A DNA stretch of 12,554 nucleotides from a virus. Taxonomy: Duplodnaviria; Heunggongvirae; Uroviricota; Caudoviricetes. The stretch lies in IMG/VR virus record IMGVR_UViG_2740892211_000014. One strand, 5' to 3'. Positions 6,670-12,554 of the stretch are shown piece after piece (position 1 is the stretch's first letter; each line of letters begins with the position of its first letter). The notes below the pieces were generated by a model, which made no database searches, was not told the DNA's origin, and worked only from the letters and a program-made list of their open reading frames with translations. The position numbers were made by a program, and so were the translations under genes.

Positions 6670-6698
6670 ATATATAATTAAAACAACAGGTTAATATT

Positions 6699-6734
6699 TT
6701 TCAGACACGGGTTCAACTCCCGCCAGCTCCACCA
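6699..6734 (+). repeat. Diverged copy of the 3' end of the tmRNA gene ssrA (attachment-site repeat; not a full gene)
   Basis: TTTCAGACACGGGTTCAACTCCCGCCAGCTCCACCA matches the recalled ssrA 3' end (TTTCGGACGCGGGTTCAACTCCCGCCAGCTCCACCA) with 2 mismatches at the 5' side. No upstream tmRNA body is present in the window. Confidence 0.6.
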
Positions 6735-6861
6735 ATCATGATTGGACGGTGTAAGGACTACACCAACAAAAACAGGAAGTTATAAGTCTCAGCAGAACAC
6801 CGACCAGACGGTGAGGAGACAAAAAAGGATACGCAACGGAGTCGCGACTCCCTATGACATT

Positions 6862-6888
6862 AAAGCCCGCATCAGCGGGCTTTTTTAT
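6862..6888 (+). terminator. Rho-independent terminator, probably the native terminator downstream of the ancestral ssrA 3' end
   Basis: AAAGCCCGC-ATCA-GCGGGCTTT stem-loop followed by TTTTATT, ~130 nt downstream of the ssrA 3' fragment. Confidence 0.65.
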
Positions 6889-7317
6889 TGGTCCTGACCC
6901 GCCCTGAATAGAATTCATCCAATTACAGTCCAGACATATACAGTATCCCTCAGCTCAGTATCAGCTTCTCGACAAATGGTCACTGTTATTTACCCGTTGC
7001 CAGAAAGAGAATAATTTGCCCCCATAGCCAGCCTTCCCGGAATCTGTATATTCATTAATATTGTTATCGATTCCATCAAGTAACATAGGTTGGATGCGAT
7101 TGATCTTACTCACATTAGTCGACACGGAACTCAGTAAGTTGAACTCTGAAAAAGCAGTTTAAATAGCATTTAAACAAATGCCACCAGTTCGAAAAAGAGT
7201 ATAAGCACACTTAATATATTGTTTTAATTATTCATTTCCTTTCAACCCAATTCTTATCCCTCACATTATTTGTTATTAATTTGTTGTTTTTGATCACAAC
7301 AAGAAAACAATATGTAA

Positions 7318-8394
<1,077 letters not shown>

Positions 8395-8413
8395 GCGCAA
8401 AGGAATTGAGCGG

Positions 8414-9682
8414 ATGTATGATTTTGTGATTATTGGCGGCGGCATCATCGGCATGTCGACCGCCATGCAACTGATTGATGTTTATCCGGATGCCCGCATT
8501 GCGTTGCTGGAAAAAGAGTCCGGCCCGGCCTTTCATCAGACGGGCCACAACAGCGGCGTGATCCATGCCGGGGTCTATTACACGCCCGGTAGCCTGAAGG
8601 CACAGTTTTGCCTGGCGGGAAACCGCGCCACCAAAGCCTTTTGCGATCAAAACGGCATTCGCTATGACAACTGCGGCAAGATGCTGGTCGCCACCTCTGA
8701 ACTCGAAATGGAACGGATGCGCGCGTTGTGGGAACGCACGGCGGCGAACGGTATCGAGCGCGAGTGGTTAAAAGCCGAGGAACTGCGCGAGCGCGAACCG
8801 AATATCACCGGGCTCGGCGGCATTTTTGTGCCGTCCAGCGGCATTGTCAGCTATCGCGAAGTGACGGCGGCGATGGCAAAAATCTTCCAGGCCAGAGGCG
8901 GCGAGATTATTTATAACGCCGAAGTCAGCGCCCTCAGTGAGCATAAAAACGGCGTGGTGATACGTACCCGTCAGGGCGGTGAATATGAAGCATCGACGCT
9001 GATTAGCTGTTCCGGGCTGATGGCTGACCGGCTGGTGAAAATGCTCGGCCTCGAACCGGGCTTTATTATCTGCCCGTTCCGTGGCGAGTATTTCCGCCTT
9101 GCGCCGGAGCATAACCAGATTGTTAACCACCTGATTTACCCCATTCCCGACCCCGCGATGCCATTTTTGGGCGTGCATCTCACCCGCATGATCGATGGCA
9201 GCGTGACCGTCGGGCCAAACGCGGTGCTGGCTTTTAAACGCGAAGGCTATCGCAAGCGCGATTTCTCGTTTAGTGACACGCTGGAGATTTTAGGCTCGTC
9301 GGGGATTCGCCGGGTGCTGCAAAACCATCTACGCTCAGGATTGGGCGAGATGAAAAACTCGCTGTGCAAAAGCGGCTATCTGCGGCTGGTGCAAAAGTAT
9401 TGTCCCCGGCTTTCGTTAAGCGATCTCCAGCCCTGGCCCGCCGGTGTGCGGGCGCAGGCGGTATCGCCGGACGGCAAGCTGATTGACGATTTTCTGTTTG
9501 TCACCACCCCGCGCACGATCCACACCTGCAATGCGCCCTCCCCGGCAGCGACATCAGCAATTCCTATTGGTGCGCATATTGTCAGCAAGGTACAAACGCT
9601 GTTGGCAAGCCAGAGTAACCCCGGACGCACGCTGCGAGCGGCACGTAGTGTGGATGCCTTACACGCCGCATTTAATCAATAA
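8414..9682 (+). CDS. lhgO: L-2-hydroxyglutarate oxidase/dehydrogenase (FAD-dependent)
   Basis: Start at ATG 8414 (MYDFVIIGGGIIGMSTAMQL, Rossmann GxGxxG FAD motif), giving 422 aa as in E. coli LhgO/YgaF. The longer ORF from 8348 overlaps csiD and lacks an RBS. Confidence 0.93.
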   Translation: MYDFVIIGGGIIGMSTAMQLIDVYPDARIALLEKESGPAFHQTGHNSGVIHAGVYYTPGSLKAQFCLAGNRATKAFCDQNGIRYDNCGKMLVATSELEMERMRALWERTAANGIEREWLKAEELREREPNITGLGGIFVPSSGIVSYREVTAAMAKIFQARGGEIIYNAEVSALSEHKNGVVIRTRQGGEYEASTLISCSGLMADRLVKMLGLEPGFIICPFRGEYFRLAPEHNQIVNHLIYPIPDPAMPFLGVHLTRMIDGSVTVGPNAVLAFKREGYRKRDFSFSDTLEILGSSGIRRVLQNHLRSGLGEMKNSLCKSGYLRLVQKYCPRLSLSDLQPWPAGVRAQAVSPDGKLIDDFLFVTTPRTIHTCNAPSPAATSAIPIGAHIVSKVQTLLASQSNPGRTLRAARSVDALHAAFNQ

Positions 9683-9704
9683 CCTTTGAAAACAGGACGT
9701 AACA

Positions 9705-11153
9705 ATGAAACTTAACGACAGTAACTTATTCCGCCAGAACGCGTTGATTAATGGGGAATGGCTGGACGCCAACAATGGCGAGGTCATCGACGTCACCAAT
9801 CCGGCGAACGGCGACAAGCTGGGTAGCGTGCCGAAAATGGGCGCTGATGAAACCCGCGCCGCTATCGACGCCGCCAACCGCGCCCTGCCCGCCTGGCGTG
9901 CGCTCACCGCCAAAGAACGCGCCAACATTCTGCGCAACTGGTTCAATTTGATGATGGAGCATCAGGACGATTTAGCGCGCCTGATGACCCTCGAACAGGG
10001 CAAACCACTGGCGGAAGCGAAAGGCGAAATCAGCTACGCAGCCTCTTTTATTGAGTGGTTTGCCGAAGAAGGCAAACGTATTTATGGCGATACCATTCCC
10101 GGTCATCAGGCCGACAAACGCCTGATTGTTATCAAACAGCCGATTGGCGTTACCGCCGCCATCACGCCGTGGAACTTCCCGGCGGCGATGATTACCCGTA
10201 AAGCCGGTCCGGCGCTGGCGGCAGGCTGCACGATGGTGCTGAAACCTGCCAGTCAGACGCCGTTCTCTGCGCTGGCGCTGGCGGAACTGGCGATTCGCGC
10301 AGGCGTTCCGGCTGGCGTATTTAACGTGGTCACCGGTTCGGCGGGCGCGGTCGGTAACGAACTGACCAGCAATCCGCTGGTGCGCAAGCTGTCGTTTACC
10401 GGCTCGACCGAAATTGGCCGCCAGTTAATGGAACAGTGCGCGAAAGACATCAAGAAAGTGTCGCTGGAGCTGGGCGGCAACGCGCCGTTTATCGTCTTTG
10501 ACGATGCCGATCTCGATAAAGCCGTGGAAGGCGCGCTGGCTTCTAAATTCCGCAACGCCGGGCAAACCTGCGTCTGTGCCAACCGTTTATATGTGCAGGA
10601 CGGCGTGTATGACCGCTTTGCCGAAAAATTACAGCAGGCGGTGAGCAAACTGCACATCGGCGACGGGCTGGAGAAAGGCGTCACCATCGGGCCGCTGATT
10701 GATGAAAAAGCGGTAGCAAAAGTGGAAGAGCATATTGCCGATGCGCTGGAGAAAGGTGCGCGCGTGGTTTGCGGCGGTAAAGCACATGAACGCGGCGGCA
10801 ACTTCTTCCAGCCGACCATTCTGGTGGACGTTCCGGCCAACGCCAAAGTGTCGAAAGAAGAGACGTTCGGCCCCCTTGCCCCGCTATTCCGCTTTAAAGA
10901 TGAAGCCGATGTGATTGCGCAGGCCAATGACACCGAGTTTGGCCTTGCCGCCTATTTCTACGCCCGTGATTTAAGCCGCGTCTTCCGCGTGGGCGAAGCG
11001 CTGGAGTACGGCATCGTCGGCATCAATACCGGCATTATTTCCAATGAAGTGGCCCCGTTCGGCGGCATTAAAGCCTCGGGTCTGGGTCGTGAAGGTTCGA
11101 AGTATGGCATCGAAGATTACTTAGAAATCAAATATATGTGCATCGGTCTTTAA
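9705..11153 (+). CDS. gabD: NADP-dependent succinate-semialdehyde dehydrogenase
   Basis: 482 aa, matches recalled E. coli GabD (MKLNDSNLFRQNALINGEWLDA ...). Aldehyde dehydrogenase motifs present (catalytic Cys in GQTCVCANR, Glu in LELGGNAP). AGGA Shine-Dalgarno upstream. Confidence 0.95.
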   Translation: MKLNDSNLFRQNALINGEWLDANNGEVIDVTNPANGDKLGSVPKMGADETRAAIDAANRALPAWRALTAKERANILRNWFNLMMEHQDDLARLMTLEQGKPLAEAKGEISYAASFIEWFAEEGKRIYGDTIPGHQADKRLIVIKQPIGVTAAITPWNFPAAMITRKAGPALAAGCTMVLKPASQTPFSALALAELAIRAGVPAGVFNVVTGSAGAVGNELTSNPLVRKLSFTGSTEIGRQLMEQCAKDIKKVSLELGGNAPFIVFDDADLDKAVEGALASKFRNAGQTCVCANRLYVQDGVYDRFAEKLQQAVSKLHIGDGLEKGVTIGPLIDEKAVAKVEEHIADALEKGARVVCGGKAHERGGNFFQPTILVDVPANAKVSKEETFGPLAPLFRFKDEADVIAQANDTEFGLAAYFYARDLSRVFRVGEALEYGIVGINTGIISNEVAPFGGIKASGLGREGSKYGIEDYLEIKYMCIGL

Positions 11154-11166
11154 CTGGAGAACGCGA

Positions 11167-12447
11167 ATGAGCAGCAATAAAGAGTTAATGCAGCGCCGCA
11201 GTCAGGCGATTCCCCGTGGCGTTGGGCAAATTCACCCGATTTTCGCTGACCGCGCGGAAAACTGCCGGGTGTGGGACGTTGAAGGCCGTGAGTATCTTGA
11301 TTTCGCGGGCGGGATTGCGGTGCTCAATACCGGGCACCTGCATCCGAAGGTGGTGGCCGCGGTGGAAGCGCAGTTGAAAAAACTGTCGCACACCTGCTTC
11401 CAGGTGCTGGCTTACGAGCCGTATCTGGAGCTGTGCGAGATTATGAATCAGAAGGTGCCGGGCGATTTCGCCAAGAAAACGCTGCTGGTTACGACCGGTT
11501 CCGAAGCGGTGGAAAACGCGGTGAAAATCGCCCGCGCCGCCACCAAACGTAGCGGTACTATCGCCTTTAGCGGTGCGTATCACGGGCGCACGCACTACAC
11601 GCTGGCGCTGACCGGTAAGGTGAACCCATACTCTGCGGGCATGGGACTCATGCCGGGTCATGTTTATCGCGCGCTTTATCCTTGCCCGCTGCACGGCATA
11701 AGCGAGGATGACGCTATCGCCAGCATCCACCGGATCTTCAAAAATGACGCCGCGCCGGAAGATATCGCTGCCATCGTGATTGAGCCCGTTCAGGGCGAAG
11801 GCGGTTTCTACGCCGCGACGCCAGCCTTTATGCAGCGTTTACGCGCGCTGTGTGACGAGCACGGGATCATGCTGATTGCCGATGAAGTGCAGAGCGGCGC
11901 AGGGCGTACCGGCACGCTGTTTGCGATGGAGCAAATGGGCGTGGCACCAGATCTCACCACCTTTGCGAAATCGATCGCAGGCGGCTTCCCGCTGGCGGGC
12001 GTCACCGGTCGCGCCGAGGTGATGGACGCCGTCGCACCAGGCGGGCTGGGCGGCACCTATGCGGGTAACCCGATTGCCTGCGTGGCGGCGCTGGAAGTGT
12101 TGAAGGTGTTCGAGCAGGAAAATCTGCTGCAAAAAGCCAACGTTCTGGGGCAGAAGTTGAAAGATGGATTGCTGGCGATCGCCGAAAAACACACCGAGAT
12201 CGGCGACGTACGCGGCCTGGGAGCGATGATTGCCATCGAGCTGTTTGAAGATGGCGATCACAGCAAACCGGACGCAAAACTCACCGCCGAGATCGTGGCA
12301 CGCGCCCGCGATAAGGGTCTGATTCTTCTCTCCTGCGGCCCGTATTACAACGTGCTGCGCATCCTTGTACCGCTCACCATTGAAGACGCTCAGATCCGTC
12401 AGGGTCTGGAGATCATCAGCCAGTGTTTTGCTGAGGCGAAGCTGTAG
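11167..12447 (+). CDS. gabT: 4-aminobutyrate aminotransferase (PLP-dependent, class III)
   Basis: 426 aa, near-identical to recalled E. coli GabT (MSSNKELMQRRSQAIPRGVGQIHPIFADRAENCRVWDVEGREYLDFAGGIAVLNTGH ...). PLP-lysine context in TTFAKSIAGG. GGAGAA Shine-Dalgarno upstream. Confidence 0.95.
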   Translation: MSSNKELMQRRSQAIPRGVGQIHPIFADRAENCRVWDVEGREYLDFAGGIAVLNTGHLHPKVVAAVEAQLKKLSHTCFQVLAYEPYLELCEIMNQKVPGDFAKKTLLVTTGSEAVENAVKIARAATKRSGTIAFSGAYHGRTHYTLALTGKVNPYSAGMGLMPGHVYRALYPCPLHGISEDDAIASIHRIFKNDAAPEDIAAIVIEPVQGEGGFYAATPAFMQRLRALCDEHGIMLIADEVQSGAGRTGTLFAMEQMGVAPDLTTFAKSIAGGFPLAGVTGRAEVMDAVAPGGLGGTYAGNPIACVAALEVLKVFEQENLLQKANVLGQKLKDGLLAIAEKHTEIGDVRGLGAMIAIELFEDGDHSKPDAKLTAEIVARARDKGLILLSCGPYYNVLRILVPLTIEDAQIRQGLEIISQCFAEAKL

Positions 12448-12554
12448 CACCGCACCATGCCGGAGGCGACGCTTTTGAACTGCACCCCAAATGTTGGACA
12501 TAATCTGACATCTGAAGGTGCAGTTTATGAAACATTCATTTGAAGTAAAACTTG

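Larger units (their letters stand above)
1..6734. mobile_element. Right-hand portion of a lambdoid prophage-like island inserted at the tmRNA gene; left end lies outside the window
   Basis: Lambda-like module order (O-like/cII-like/cro-like divergent from cI-like; xis then int adjacent to an att repeat), ending at a partial ssrA 3' copy at 6699-6734. Composition and gene content change abruptly to conserved chromosomal genes after ~6.9 kb. Confidence 0.7.

Noticed and set aside
6699-6734. A complete tmRNA (ssrA) or tRNA gene
   Set aside because: Only the ~36-nt 3' end (T-arm and acceptor 3' strand with CCA) is present. The upstream sequence is the AT-rich end of the cargo ORF with no tmRNA body, so this is an att repeat rather than a gene.
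6736-6918. 60-aa ORF on the - strand across the att-flank region
   Set aside because: No RBS, spans the intrinsic terminator hairpin, and lies in sequence better explained as the ssrA 3' flank.
10253-10933. 226-aa antisense ORF inside gabD; similarly 11185-11730, 11839-12501 and 12002-12277 inside gabT, and 8369-8650, 8768-9178 and 9376-9630 inside lhgO
   Set aside because: These are typical long antisense frames in GC-rich genes with Ala/Ser/Arg/Pro-rich translations, and they sit opposite strongly supported conserved genes.

Overview
The window is two different things joined at about 6.7 kb. Positions 1-6734 are the right-hand part of a lambdoid prophage-like island, read here as: replication-type HTH protein (truncated at the window edge), a possibly frameshifted small ORF, CII-like regulator and Cro-like protein on the - strand; then on the + strand a CI-type repressor, terminator, strong sigma70-like promoter, several small early-left-type genes, excisionase, tyrosine integrase and one AT-rich cargo ORF. 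The island ends at a diverged copy of the 3' end of the tmRNA gene ssrA (6699-6734), which I read as the att repeat. Positions 7417-12447 are the conserved enterobacterial csiD(glaH)-lhgO-gabD-gabT operon on the + strand (gabP starts beyond the window). The most interesting items are: (1) the AT-rich, membrane-anchored 259-aa cargo ORF between int and the att repeat, with a hairpin over its ribosome-binding site; (2) a ~500-bp ORF-free, structured stretch (2835-3347) containing a DicF-like sRNA/terminator and a 14-bp inverted repeat; (3) a coherent set of TGTACC-N5-GGTACA operator sites at both immunity promoters. All calls rest on reading the sequence and on recalled family signatures; no database search was run.
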